From Naegleria gruberi (Eukaryota): DNA of 64,000 nt. The translations under genes and the position numbers were made by a program. Shown in pieces: positions 32,975 through 44,628 of the stretch; the stretch's first letter is position 1, and every line of letters begins with the position of its first letter. Where the stretch lies: assembly GCA_000004985.1 (NCBI GenBank), contig GG738854.1; one strand, 5' to 3'. Below the pieces are notes generated by a model that was not told the origin of the DNA, did no database searches, and saw nothing but the letters and a program-made list of their open reading frames with translations.

Positions 32975-34325
32975 TTATTTATTTATTGTCTTCCAAATTT
33001 CTGGATCGATCCAATCTGGTTGAGCCAGTTCACTCTTAAAATCATATTCTCCAACCTTGTAGTTGTACGAAAAGAGATTCAATTCGTCTGGTAGTTTAAA
33101 TTCTTGTTTATCCAAAACAGTATCTTGAAGAGCTTGCTTTTCAGCTTCTTGGCTAAAACCAAATCTTTCAAATAAATCCAATTTGTAGTTCCATATTTCA
33201 GATGCCTTTTCAGATCTTTGATATAAATAATCTGATTTCTCCTTGGAGGATGAAGAAATATCTCCAACAATAGTATAACCTCTTCCAATTAAATGTTCTC
33301 TTATTTGATGGTTTCTTCCTGTTATTGGACTGCAACTAAGTAGGGTTGTGTTTTCGTTAAAATCCTTGTGTAAAATTCGAAATATGGTTCTTCACAATCT
33401 TCCAACCAAGTTGAAAATTATTTGAAACTTACTTTGAGGGTTTTGGTTGAAATGCAACCCGATTCTTCTTACAAATCTCACGATATTCCTTTTCAACTTC
33501 CTTATTCGATATGGATTTGAAAATATTATCCCATCTCTGAATGCAGACAAGTGGGTCATTAATTTCAAATTGGGGTTTTCCTTTCACAATCCCATCAACC
33601 CTAGCAATATATTGTTTTTCGACTTGTTTCTCCTTCAAAAGTTTTTGGAAATACTTGGCTCCCTCAGATGTTTTTCCAACAATTAAAACTCCACATGTTT
33701 CCTTATCCAATCTGTGAATAGCTACATTATTCCAAAGTATTTTAAATATTCCAATATGATGAAATAATTATTACATACTCTTACAATGTAAATCATTTCC
33801 AAAGTGATGAGCATATTCATGTTCCAACATGTAAAAGAGTGAATTTTTGTGATATCTTTTAATGGGATGGACACAAATACCTGGTGGTTTGGTAACCACA
33901 ACAAAATCATTCTCCTCTTTGATAATTTCCAATTTATCAAAATGTTTAATAGGTCTATCCATTCTCATGTCCTTCACTTGAAAACAATCATCATCCTTTA
34001 ATTTATATTTCAATAACGATTTGGTAATTGGTTTTTCATTCAATGTAATGACATTCATTTCACACATTCTCCTAAAGGTACTCTCATCCACTCCATATTC
34101 TCTACAATACGACTCTTGGAGAGTTTTATTCGTCATTCTTCCTTCATAATTTTCAACTTTTTGGTGATAGCAATGAACATAGGGAATTACGTGACGAAGA
34201 GTTGTAATTTTAGCATCCCGATCGTTCACAGTTGCTTTCCGAAGAATACCTCCTTCCAAGACATGTTTAGTTAAAACATACTCTCCTAACTTCTCAAAGT
34301 GAGAGTGAATCACTTGTTTACTCAT
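32975..34325 (-). CDS. RluA-family pseudouridine synthase, 3 exons
   Basis: Exons are 34325..33785, 33721..33433 and 33335..32975. Introns are 33784..33722 (63 nt, GTAAGA..GTAG, phase 1) and 33432..33336 (97 nt, GTAAGT..TTAG, phase 2). Spliced motifs are VVVTKPPGICVHP, HRLDKETCGVLIVGKT, YIARVDG and SPITGRNHQIREHL (RluA-family catalytic signatures). aaaaaaaATG start. Confidence 0.75.
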
Positions 34326-34439
34326 TTTTTTTACAAAATATTTAAATATTTAACAAAATTTAATATTATTCCAAAAATTACAAAATAAGGAATTTTAAAC
34401 TCCTTCCTATTATCTCTAATGTGAAATATCTCTTTTTGA

Positions 34440-36121
34440 TTATTTTCCAAAACGTTTGTTAATAAAATTTTCATACAAGCTACTCTTTTTAAATCTGACA
34501 AAACTTCCCTTTTGCATATTTCTGATAACTTCCTCCTTAGCCTTATCAAAGGTTCTCATATTTGGTTTGGCAAGGTTTTTAGAAATTTCATCACGTAGAG
34601 CACCTGGAATATTGACCTCGAATGCTGATCCAATTTGAATATAAGTGTCAAAGAGATTTTTCGAAACTTCTTTCAGTGAATGGTCATCATCAATATCCAA
34701 TCCCTTGTAATGTTCCACTTCCATGCAAAACATCAAGCTCTCAACGTGAAATTCTCTCACTAAAAATTGTTTGAAAACCTCTCTAGCATTCACATCAGTT
34801 AAGAAAAACTCAAAGGTTTCATAAAGTGGTATAATTGGCTGCTCAGTTTTGGTTGTTGGAATTGGGTTTCGTTTCCTAAAGATGTTGAATTTAGACATGT
34901 CCATATTACGAGTCCATGTCGAAGAGAGTGGGAGAATAATGGAAATGAAAAAACTTCCTAACAATTCAATACCGAGGAAATAACCAATGGTTGGTTGTTG
35001 AGGCCAAAATTGATTCGGTACTGCAATTAAAACAATCATTGGTATGGCCACAACGAAAATACTGAAAAACAGCATGATTGTCATTTCCTTTCTAATGGAG
35101 AAGGCATCATTAATCTTTCTCATTTTCATTAAAAGATATCCAAATGGAATAATCAAAATAATGGTAATACAGACATAAACTCTGACAGCAATACCCTCTT
35201 GCTCATTACAACGTTTCTGACATGTTGGGTTGATAATATCAGCAGAAAATAACAGTACCATATGTATGATAAAAATCAAAGTTGCCCAAGTCAATAGCAC
35301 TACACTCAATAATATAACAAGAAATCTCTCAGAGAAGTAAAACTGATTCTTGAACAATTTAGAATACTTATCACTGTTGGCTACCGTCGTGTAGAGTGGC
35401 ATCTTTTTCAATCCAATATTACTATCGAGAGCAAAAGAGGTCACATCGCTCGAAACATCTGAACTGTCCAATAAACTTTCTCCCAATTCAGCTGCTAATC
35501 TTTTTTCTCTCCTATTGTTTCTTCGAATGTATGATGAGTTAAAACTCTGTAGAGCTATTGGTGATGATACCTCTTCATTCTCTTTCATAATTTGTGACTG
35601 AGCTTCAGCCAATTTATATTGCATAATAGTTCTGTAGCATCTGAAAATATATGGCAAAAAGTATGAAAATTGAATGAAACCAACAATGTAATACGTTATT
35701 GGGCAAACTAAAATCAAATCAAAATATAATCTCGAATACCTTTCCAATATTTCCAATAATTAAATTATTCGAATCTAAATTAAAATCCTTACATATAGGC
35801 CAAAGCAATAGATCCCGTAACTCCAGAAATTAATAATAAAAATACAGAACGATCCTTCAATGGCTGCTTATTTCTCCTCCAAATTGTCAGTGAAAAGGCA
35901 ACAACATAACACAACAATCCAAATCCGAAAATAAATCCCAACACATAGACTCTCCACGATTGATGAGGAGGAATTCTATTAATTCTCGATATATATAAAG
36001 GATAGGCATATGAACATTGATCCAAAATATCATGAGTTTGATCCTGATTCCAAGGTATTGGAGGTGAAACTATTATCGATGATAATAACTTGGTCATATT
36101 ATTCAGAATCGTGATGGACAT
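34440..36121 (-). CDS. Multi-pass membrane protein with C-terminal RGS domain (7TM-RGS-like), 2 exons
   Basis: Exon 1 is 36121..35793, the intron is 35792..35740 (53 nt, GTAAGG..AAAG, phase 2) and exon 2 is 35739..34440. There are at least 6-7 predicted hydrophobic helices (YVLGFIFGFGLLCYVVAFSL, LLISGVTGSIALAYMYSRLYFDLILVCPITYYIVGFI, FLVILLSVVLLTWATLIFIIHMVLL, VYVCITIILIIPFGYLLM, IMLFFSIFVVAIPMIVLIAV, GIELLGSFFISIILPL). The C-terminal RGS domain is ..EVFKQFLVREFHVESLMFCMEVEHYKG...SFVRFKKS. About 542 aa. Confidence 0.65.
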
Positions 36122-36422
36122 TTTTTTCTTCTATTGATGATGTTTAATCGGAGTCTTGTGATTTGTGAAGTTGGGAAGAATTGTAATTGATTATTTAGAG
36201 TTCTTGTTTTACGTATTGTACATCTATGCTCAACTGAGTGATATCAACAAGGCATCATGGTGTGTGATGATTGATTTGAAGGCTTCTTTTTGTCTTTAGA
36301 AAATTTGGAGGGAACAAAGAAAAAATAACGAAATATTAATATTGAGAGGAATCCAGTATTGTTAAATTTTATATTTATTGTTGACTTCTGTCTTGTTTTT
36401 AGTCATCATAGATTATTGGAAA

Positions 36423-39400
36423 ATGTCTTCATCAAATTTGGAACAATTGGAAAGTAGTTCTTCTTCTATGGCTCCTTCCATGCATAAATACGGAGCATGT
36501 ATTGAAGAATTTAATGCAAATATTTCATTTGGAAATTCTATCAAGTGGTGCAAGGATGAAAATTATATTGCCATGCAAACAAATAATACAGTATATATTA
36601 AGAATGTAATTAATGAAAAAAGAGGAACCATAGTATTGAACAAAGAATCGGAATCGGAAGATGGCACAGTAACAACAAGTCAAGAGCCTAATAGAACATC
36701 TACACACTTTAAAGACAGAACAGTCATACATCCGAGTATGTTTGTTCGTTTTTTACAATCATCTTTTAGATCGATATGTTGGAGTTCTCCGATTGAAAAT
36801 TATGAAACTTTTGAAATTACAAATGAAATTGGATGTTTAATATCATGTATTACAAGTGATAATAATTGCAGAATTTACAAGAGGCCAACCCAAGGATATA
36901 CCACAAATTGGGAGCTTGTTTGTGATGTTAGAGCCATTTTGCAAGATAATGACAAAATTCTTCTCTCAATTGAAAATGACAATGATGTCATCGTGACTCC
37001 ACAAGGAATTATTACAACAAATGGATTGGTCAATGAAGGTGAATTGATTACTAACAAGAAAACCAGAAATCATGTCTCTAAAAAGACATCTTCTGTTATG
37101 GGTTTGGAACAACAATTCTTTTCTCATTTCTACAAATCATTTACTGATGCATCTGGATTCGATCCAACAAAGCAGGAATATCAGGTTGGCTATAGAAAAT
37201 GGACAGATGAGGAACAAAAAATCTATGATAAGGTCTTGGAGAGTTCATTGGAATATTTCAAACCACAACTTGAGGAAAATTCACTTTCAACGGAAAGTCT
37301 CACTAAGAATTTGTATGTAAAACTGAGAACCAAAATGAGAAAGGATAAGGAAAAAGGAAAATTAACTGACACCAATATCAGTTCATCAACAAGAGAAACT
37401 AGAAGAACATCAACAGGATCTACAACTGAAGATCTTACCCAAGAAGATGTTGTAGAAACACCAGAAAAAAAGAGAAAAGAATCCCCATCTGAATCACAAC
37501 AACCAAAAAAGCTGAAAAGACTTTACTTTTCCAGAGGAGTTGCTAGAGCCAAAGACGAGGAGGTCAATCAGTCAGAGTATAACCATTGCCTTTATATTAC
37601 AGAACTTATGTGTTCAGACTTTTCCCAACCTTTCAAAAAGTCTATTGATGGAGCATTTAGACAATCTCTTTACATGGTGTGTGGATCTAAAACTGGTTTC
37701 TTATCTATCTTTGTTATTACCAACTTTGATAGAAAACTTGAAGTTGAACTTGTTGGTTATTCAAAGATTTTCTCTAATTTCATATCATTTGTGAAATTCC
37801 TCCCCTCTAGATCTGGTGATGAATTCTTTCGAATTGTTGTTGCAAGTTGTGAAGGTCAAATCAAAATTTTATCCATTCCTAAAAGCTACACTCAATCAAT
37901 TGAAAAACTAGACGATTTGGTAACTCCTAAAGAAATTTGTAAAGAGTACTCCTCATACTTTGAATCTGACAGTATCCCTCTTACAAGTTTGGAGACATTC
38001 TACGTTTCAAAGGATCAATCTAAAAAAGCGCTAGATGAAATGTACATGTGTTATTCGAAAGGCACGAATCTCTATGTGTGCAAATTTGAATTCCAAGATC
38101 AAGAAACTCTCTTGACTTGGCGAAAGAAATTTTCATGCCAAAACTTTACAATTTCTTCCATCTCGATGCAATACATAACAATTGACCGATCTGATAAGGA
38201 AAACAGTACTATTAATACCTTACTTGTATATACAACCTCTTTGGATGGAAGTCTTGTTCAGTGGAAGATTAATGAGGATACTACAGATGATGGATACACT
38301 TCAGTATATATTATTTCTAAAAATTTTGAATTACCAGTTTGGGGCTGTTCACTCTCTCCCAATAATGTTCAAATGGCTATTTCAGTTGAGAGACCTTCAA
38401 CCAGAGAAGTAAGAGCAGATTTGGAACATAGAAACAAGATTAGAATGTACATTCTCCCTCTATATTATCATGCCTTGAGAGCTATTTATCATATTCCTCA
38501 AACTGATCCAATTCCTTCACATTGTATTGTTGACTATTTCACAACTCTGTTGAGGAGAGGAATATTCAGAAAGCAACAAGCTTTTGATATTGCTGATTGT
38601 CTTTCCTCGAGTGATATGGTTGAGTACATTGAAAAGATTTTATCCAATGTATATGACACTGCCAATAATCTACCTCTGAAAAAGATTTTATACTTCATCT
38701 ATTCATGGATTTGTCGTGAGAAGAGTTATCCTCTCAGAGAAACTCTATTGGAACGAAAGGCCATCTTGGAAGAAGAATTGAGATATATTTATTCTGTGAC
38801 ACTCTTTGATATTCAATCTAAAAAGCAAGAAAAACCAAACTTGACTCAATATCTTCTCTGTGATTGGATCCTGCTGTACTATCAAGATTTTGTTGCTGAA
38901 CATTTTCCATCCAACAACCTTAATAATATGACTCCTTACATTCTCCAACAAGTGGCACAATTTTTACCAATCCTAGATTCTATAATCAAGACACTAAAGA
39001 ATGAAGATAATGCTGAGAAGAATTTGAAGGAAATTCAATTCGCTCAAAAACTCTTTGCATTATTTACTAGAGTATCGAACAAGGAAGATCATGCAGCAAG
39101 CATTTCGAATGAAATTATCAGTGAGACTAATTTCATCACTCCCCGAGATTCATGTTCTGTTTGTAAGCCAACAAGTGAAGAAAGATTTGTTCCAATTGTT
39201 TTTGGTTCCCAATTTTCACATGCCACTTGTTGTTCAACGAGAAAACATCCAATTGCTAGGGATGGTTTTACATTTGAGATCATCAGAGATGTTTATCAAA
39301 TGTTGGAGTGTTCTTGTTGTTGCCAACAGACAAGCCGTGATGGATTATTCTCTGTCTTGTACAGAAATTGTACTCAACATAATACTACTGCTGTTGTTGG

Positions 39401-39557
39401 AGGAGAAGAACAACATAATCAACCATCGGAAGAAGTTGTTGTTGATGAGAATTTGATGAGTCTGTTGTGTCCATCCCACAAGGATGTTCACATTGAAGCT
39501 TGTTCTTTTAAGATTGAATGTTGTTTGTGTGGTTCCTCTTTCAATGCAAAAGTTTGA
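36423..39557 (+). CDS. Large protein (1044 aa) with a C-terminal Cys-rich zinc-finger-like region; tentatively a TFIIIC subunit (tau90/GTF3C4-like)
   Basis: True ATG at 36423. N-terminal region with ..FRSICWSSPIENYETFEITNEIGCLISCITSDNNCRIY.. The C-terminus CSVCKPTSE..HATCCSTRKHPIARDGFTFEI..ECSCCCQQTS...CPSHKDVHIEACSFKIECCLCG resembles the zf-TFIIIC architecture. Assignment is tentative. Confidence 0.35.
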   Translation: MSSSNLEQLESSSSSMAPSMHKYGACIEEFNANISFGNSIKWCKDENYIAMQTNNTVYIKNVINEKRGTIVLNKESESEDGTVTTSQEPNRTSTHFKDRTVIHPSMFVRFLQSSFRSICWSSPIENYETFEITNEIGCLISCITSDNNCRIYKRPTQGYTTNWELVCDVRAILQDNDKILLSIENDNDVIVTPQGIITTNGLVNEGELITNKKTRNHVSKKTSSVMGLEQQFFSHFYKSFTDASGFDPTKQEYQVGYRKWTDEEQKIYDKVLESSLEYFKPQLEENSLSTESLTKNLYVKLRTKMRKDKEKGKLTDTNISSSTRETRRTSTGSTTEDLTQEDVVETPEKKRKESPSESQQPKKLKRLYFSRGVARAKDEEVNQSEYNHCLYITELMCSDFSQPFKKSIDGAFRQSLYMVCGSKTGFLSIFVITNFDRKLEVELVGYSKIFSNFISFVKFLPSRSGDEFFRIVVASCEGQIKILSIPKSYTQSIEKLDDLVTPKEICKEYSSYFESDSIPLTSLETFYVSKDQSKKALDEMYMCYSKGTNLYVCKFEFQDQETLLTWRKKFSCQNFTISSISMQYITIDRSDKENSTINTLLVYTTSLDGSLVQWKINEDTTDDGYTSVYIISKNFELPVWGCSLSPNNVQMAISVERPSTREVRADLEHRNKIRMYILPLYYHALRAIYHIPQTDPIPSHCIVDYFTTLLRRGIFRKQQAFDIADCLSSSDMVEYIEKILSNVYDTANNLPLKKILYFIYSWICREKSYPLRETLLERKAILEEELRYIYSVTLFDIQSKKQEKPNLTQYLLCDWILLYYQDFVAEHFPSNNLNNMTPYILQQVAQFLPILDSIIKTLKNEDNAEKNLKEIQFAQKLFALFTRVSNKEDHAASISNEIISETNFITPRDSCSVCKPTSEERFVPIVFGSQFSHATCCSTRKHPIARDGFTFEIIRDVYQMLECSCCCQQTSRDGLFSVLYRNCTQHNTTAVVGGEEQHNQPSEEVVVDENLMSLLCPSHKDVHIEACSFKIECCLCGSSFNAKV

Positions 39558-39753
39558 TGATGGTTTAAGAGGAGAAGATTTGTCATTGAATTTGTGATGG
39601 TCATTTTATTAATAGCTTGCCAAAAACTTTCATTGTAAAAATCTATCAACCAAGAGCAGTTTTAATAAAATTTGTTTCGAAAAAAAAATCTCAAAGTCAC
39701 AAAAGTATGTATTGCTGCTGTTGAAAAATTTTATTAACACGCTTCTTTAATAG

Positions 39754-40536
39754 ATGGGTAAGAGAATTAGAGCTCAAAGAAAGGGTAACGGTGCTGGTCC
39801 ATACAAGACTAGATCTATCTACAAGATCGCCAAACCACAATACAGACATTTGGACTACTCTGAAAGAGAAGGTTTCATGAAGGGTGTCGTTAGACAAATC
39901 GTTCACGAACCAGGTCGTGGTGCTCCATTGGCTGAAGTTGCCTTCAGACATCCATTGAAGCCAAAGAAGGATATCCAATACTTCCTTGCTCCAGAAGGTT
40001 TATATACTGGTCAATTCGTTTTCTGCGGTCAAAAGGCTGAATTGAAGATTGGTAACGTCCTCCCAATTGGTAACTTGCCAGAAGGTACTGTCTGTTGTAA
40101 CGTTGAAAGAAAGACTGGTGATAGAGGTGCATTGGCTAGAGCTGCTGGTGAATCCGCTGTTATTATTGCCCACTCTGAAGATGGTAAGACTAGAGTTAAG
40201 CTCCCATCTGGTGTCAAGAAGACTCTCCCATCCGATAACAGAGCTACCATTGGTGTTATTGCCTGTGGTGGTAAGACTGAAAGACCTGTCTTGAAGGCTT
40301 CAACCAATTACTTCAGATTCAAGGCTAAGGGTAGAAAGCAATGGCCAAGAGTTAGAGGTGTTGCCATGAACCCTGTTGAACATCCACACGGTGGTGGTAA
40401 CCATCAACACATTGGTAAGCCATCTACTGTTTCCAGATTGACACCTGCCGGTAGAAAGGTCGGTTTGATCGGTGCCAGAAGAACTGGTAGAATTAGAGGT
40501 GGTAAGGCCAACGTCAACCAAGTTGAAAAGGATTAA
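39754..40536 (+). CDS. RPL8: 60S ribosomal protein L8 (uL2)
   Basis: 260 aa, near-universal uL2 sequence (..GRGAPLA.., ..[11 protein letters not shown].., ..[22 protein letters not shown]..). Strongly biased codons (GGT, AAG, AGA, CCA, GCT, TTG) indicate high expression. Confidence 0.95.
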   Translation: MGKRIRAQRKGNGAGPYKTRSIYKIAKPQYRHLDYSEREGFMKGVVRQIVHEPGRGAPLAEVAFRHPLKPKKDIQYFLAPEGLYTGQFVFCGQKAELKIGNVLPIGNLPEGTVCCNVERKTGDRGALARAAGESAVIIAHSEDGKTRVKLPSGVKKTLPSDNRATIGVIACGGKTERPVLKASTNYFRFKAKGRKQWPRVRGVAMNPVEHPHGGGNHQHIGKPSTVSRLTPAGRKVGLIGARRTGRIRGGKANVNQVEKD

Positions 40537-40751
40537 ATTTAAAGCTCCAAACCCTATTAAACAAAAAAATTATCTTAAAAAACAATTATCTGTGTTATTT
40601 ATTTTCAAAAACAATAACGATTACTATCCCAACTTAGTTTCAACTTTGTTTTTAGCCTACTAATACCTTGCTTGACAAAGGTTTACATGATTTTTCTAAG
40701 GGAAAAGCATAATATTTTAAATTGTTTAGAATAAATAAGATACTTGTAATT

Positions 40752-41709
40752 TTATTGACAACACTTTTTCTTTTCCTTTGGTTTGGTGTTGGTTTCTTGA
40801 TTGAGATTGACTTTGGTTGTGGTTGGTTCTGTAGGGGGTGTTTGTTGTGGAGTGGTTTCATCATTTTGAGCTTGTTCGAGTTTGTTATAATAATCAATGG
40901 CTATGGTTTGGAAAACTAAACATGATGATTAAAATTTGAGAAGGGTAATAATGTGATAACTTACTTTCCTTAACATTCAAATTTTCTTTCACACTAGCTC
41001 TGAAAAATTTAATACCCAACTCTGTGGCAAGTACTTCTGCTTCTGAACTATTGAAATGTGTCAAATAAAAATTCGAAATAAACTTACGGCTGTATGACAG
41101 CTTGGTCTATCAAATCAATCTTATTTTGAATTAAAACTTTACATAAATTAGTGTCGTCACATTGAGTATCCACTTTTTCATTCCAAGCTTTGATGGCTTC
41201 GAAACTTCTACGATCAGTTGTTGAAAATACCAGAATGGCTCCTTTGGCTCCTCTATAGTATTGTCTGGTCATGTCAGCAAATTCTAAATTCCACACACAA
41301 AATTAGTTTTCATTAATTAAATATATTTACCTTCCTAAAATAATACAGTTATTAATTACTCAACATTCCAATATCGTTTTTTGATAAACTTACTTGTCCA
41401 GCAGTGTCCCACAACATGAAAGTTACTATTTATCAATTAAAAGTTTGATGAAATTAAAAGGTTTGATGAAGGCAAGTCATTAAAAATCCATCAAATATTA
41501 ATTCCATTCTACATACCTGCCTCGTTTATAGGATCGGGTATATATTGTTGTTTTTCTTTGAAAGCAACTCCAATAGTTTGTCTATAATCAGGATCATATT
41601 TTGAATCGACAAATCTTCGGACCAAACTGGTTTTACCAACTTGACCGTCTCCAACAATAATTACTTTCATATGTTCTGTTATTATTTTCCAAATATAACA
41701 ATTGTTCAT
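40752..41709 (-). CDS. RAB23: Rab23-like small GTPase, 6 exons including a 4-nt micro-exon
   Basis: Exons are 41709..41517, 41425..41394, 41334..41331 (GAAG), 41283..41088, 41047..40965 and about 40914..40752. Introns are 91, 59, 47, 40 and about 50 nt (GTATGT, GTAAGT, GTAAAT, GTAAGT, GTAAGT donors). Product is ..[90 protein letters not shown]...KKKCCQ*. Close to Rab23 ([34 protein letters not shown]..). C-terminal CC prenylation motif. Confidence 0.75.
41331..41334 (-). CDS. 4-nt coding micro-exon (GAAG) of the Rab23-like gene
   Basis: Flanked by a canonical acceptor (tattttag|GAAG) and donor (GAAG|gtaaatat). It is needed to connect phase-0 exon 2 (..WDTAGQ) to phase-1 exon 3 (aa ttt gct..) and it generates the conserved QEEF of switch II. 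Confidence 0.65.
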
Positions 41710-42604
41710 AATAGTTTCATGGTTATCATTGAATATTCAATTTAAATTTGATCATCATCGTTAATTCCACATCATCACAATAATGAAAATTAATATTAAT
41801 GAATTAAATATAATGCGATTCGAATCATCATCATGCTGGTGGCTATCAAAAACCTACTCTCTAATTCCTCCATTTTTTTATATAGCTAATAGGTGTTCTT
41901 TGTCAGTGTGTGTTGATAGTTGTTGTTGTATTGAATTTATTCTACGGCTAGTGATGTTTTACTACTTTTTCTGATGAAGATTTGGCTCTGTAATAAAATC
42001 CCTCCAAAGAAGCAGCTGAATTTGCACAATAAAAAAAAGCGCGCCACAAGTGTAATCAAACATCAATCGTCGCCACTCAGCCAGGTAAAGTAAGGTATAA
42101 ACAAATGAATGAAACAGAGATTGTTATTTGACTATTAATCCAAGTAATGAAAGAATTAAAGATAATGTCATCTTTGAGTAGATGTTAATAGATATATTGA
42201 TGGTGGGAAAATTTCCTTATTATACTTTTAATGGCAAATATTTGAGATGAATATTTTGAGGATTGAATGGTAATTTAAGGTTAGAATGACAAATTTGTTC
42301 ATCAAAAGAAGAAGGGGCAATGGCAACCTATTACCATGATAGTGCACTTAATAATTGGCCAAATACTCCAGTTGGAAATTTCTCATCTTGATTCCGAAAT
42401 TCAATCATCATAATAATGTATTCAAAATTTATTATATTTTATAGTTCATACTAGCTAGAGAATTGTCATCCCGTAAATGACATTATTGATGTGGATGTGT
42501 GTAACAATGTACAATATATTATTTACATTAGTAATATATTTTCTATTACTACTAAATTACTATTCGATTTCGAATAAATGGTATTAGATAAAGATAATAC
42601 TATT

Positions 42605-42985
42605 CTAATTGAACATATTTGGGTCAGTAGCCTTGACGAAACTCTTGACAGGACTCTTGAAAGCATGAGTCAATTTGTTTATCGACTCTATCCAAACATT
42701 CCTTTCATTTTCCGATTCGGCATAAATCTGATAATCTCTACCAAGATTTGTCTTGACCAAGAATTCATAATAATTCTTTCCTTTGATATTTTCTACATTA
42801 CCAGTATTCTCAGCACATACAATAAGTCTCAGATAAATTCTATCAATAGGAGGAGCACTAGTCGATGAAACATCATCGAAATAGGCCAATTCCTCATCGG
42901 TCAGAATGAGCCATCTCTTCTTTGTCGACTTGAACAACCCTCCCTTCTTGAAGATGTATCCACTTCTATGTGTTTTAATAGCCAT
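42605..42985 (-). CDS. Small PH-domain protein (126 aa)
   Basis: ATG at 42985. GYIFKKGGLFKSTKKRWLILTDEELAYF..(beta strands)..ERNVWIESINKL matches the PH-domain fold pattern. Confidence 0.55.
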   Translation of the reverse strand: MAIKTHRSGYIFKKGGLFKSTKKRWLILTDEELAYFDDVSSTSAPPIDRIYLRLIVCAENTGNVENIKGKNYYEFLVKTNLGRDYQIYAESENERNVWIESINKLTHAFKSPVKSFVKATDPNMFN

Positions 42986-43529
42986 GTTGTTTGTGTTCGG
43001 TCTTTGTTCTTTGTATTTTGGAAAAAGAGGTGACAGTATTCCAGTGTTTACTACAAAGGTGTTGTGTTCTTTTTTCTGTTGAAATGAAGAAGTGATGTGG
43101 TCTGCTCTTTCGTAATGTTGAGAAACAGAAATAGCAAATTCTGCAATTCTCGAAGTTGACTGGATATTTTGGGAAGTGTTTGGTTAGACTTGGAAGAATC
43201 TGTCACAATATTGATATTGAGCAAGGTGGTGGGTTATCTATTGAATGTTAATAAACTCAAGATGATTCGGCTGGTATTTAAACTCAATATTTAATTTTAA
43301 AAAATGTCAAAAGTGTTCATAAAATGTTAGACTTGTCATTTCATAGGAGCTTTCAATGACATCCTTAAACAGCTAGACATTCCATATTTATTTTTTTGAG
43401 AATTTTGAATTCTCATTGTTATTTCATCATCTACAGCCTTTAACTAATACTTCCAGAACAGTATTTATTAATACAATTGATTTATTCAATATAGTATTAA
43501 TTTTTTTAATTATTGCAAATTTAAAAAAA

Positions 43530-44513
43530 ATGAATGAAAATGAATCGAGCCAATTTGATGAAATTCAAGTATTGCAATCAATGTACACTACCGAAGAATT
43601 AAAACCTCGGACGGGAATGGATAGATGTTGGCTCATTCCGATAAATGTTAATAATAATATTGATGATGATGAAACGACAGGATTGTTGGATTGTTTGGTT
43701 TTTGAATTTTGGTTTCATAGAAATTATCCTTCTGAATCGGAACCATTCTTTGAATTGAAAGGAGCTAAAAATTGGATTAATTTACCATATAATCAATTTA
43801 AGAATAATAACTATTTTGCTCAATCGGGATTGGATGAATTGGATAAAATTACTATAAAGGAGGCTCTGCAGATGGAGTTAAAGGCCATGTTCTCTCTTGG
43901 AGTACCAATTGCTTTTACTTGGATTGAGTTTTTGAGAAATGATTTATCGAACATGTTGGACGTAAATGAGATTTATAATCATGTTAAATTGAATCAAAAG
44001 GTTGTATCAATTCAACCAAATTCAAGAAAGTCTAACGAGGATAAAATCTCAACAAGGGTATTGGATATTATTCATGGGGAATCATTCACAGAAAAGAAAT
44101 CCAAATTTGTTGGACATGTGGCAATTGTAAAATCTTTGGAAGATGTCAACTTGATGCTGTCTCAATTATTGGAAGATGATAAAGTGGCAAATGCTACTCA
44201 CAACATTTATGCATATAGAATACGGCAAGGTGATCAAATTTTGGAAAATAGAGATGACGATGGAGAGACTGGAGCTGCTGATCAAATTCTTTATCTGATG
44301 CAAATCTCCAATGCAGAGAATGTATGCTGTGTGGTGACAAGATGGTATGGTGGTATAAAATTGGGAGCAGATAGATTCAGAGTAAGTAGTTCATTTCTAA
44401 TTGTTCATTGAACTAGGTTATCCATGATGAAACAATGAAAATTGAAATAGATCATTACAAACGTTGCCAAAAAAGTACTGCAGGATAATAACTTTATTGC
44501 TACGAGAAAGTAA
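43530..44513 (+). CDS. IMPACT: IMPACT/Yih1 homologue (RWD plus UPF0029 domains), 2 exons
   Basis: Exon 1 is 43530..44381 (aaaaaaaATG). The intron is 44382..44450 (69 nt, GTAAGT..AAATAG, phase 0). Exon 2 is 44451..44513. RWD-like N-terminus (EIQVLQSMYTTEEL..). UPF0029 core GHVAIVKSLEDVNLMLSQLLEDDKVANATHNIYAYRI...TGAADQILYLMQ..VVTRWYGGIKLGADRFR|IITNVAKKVLQDNNFIATRK*. Confidence 0.75.
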
Positions 44514-44628
44514 TCATTTCCATTGCAGCAATCGAAACATTTTGATTTCTTCTAGATTTCATCAAGATAATGATTTTGATCTTTTCAATTTCCCGCCTTT
44601 TTTTATTTGTTTTTAACTTGAATAAAAA

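Noticed and set aside
40652-40919. ORFs 40652..40897 (-) and 40722..40919 (+) near the rpl8 3' end
   Set aside because: They are alternative frames of the last Rab23-like exon and its 3' flank. The Rab23 frame is supported by homology and a CC prenylation C-terminus.
42000-42110. Short GC-rich island (GCGCGCCACAAG...) in an otherwise AT-rich spacer; considered as a small ncRNA or snRNA
   Set aside because: No recognisable snRNA, snoRNA or tRNA structure or boxes. Too short to support a call.
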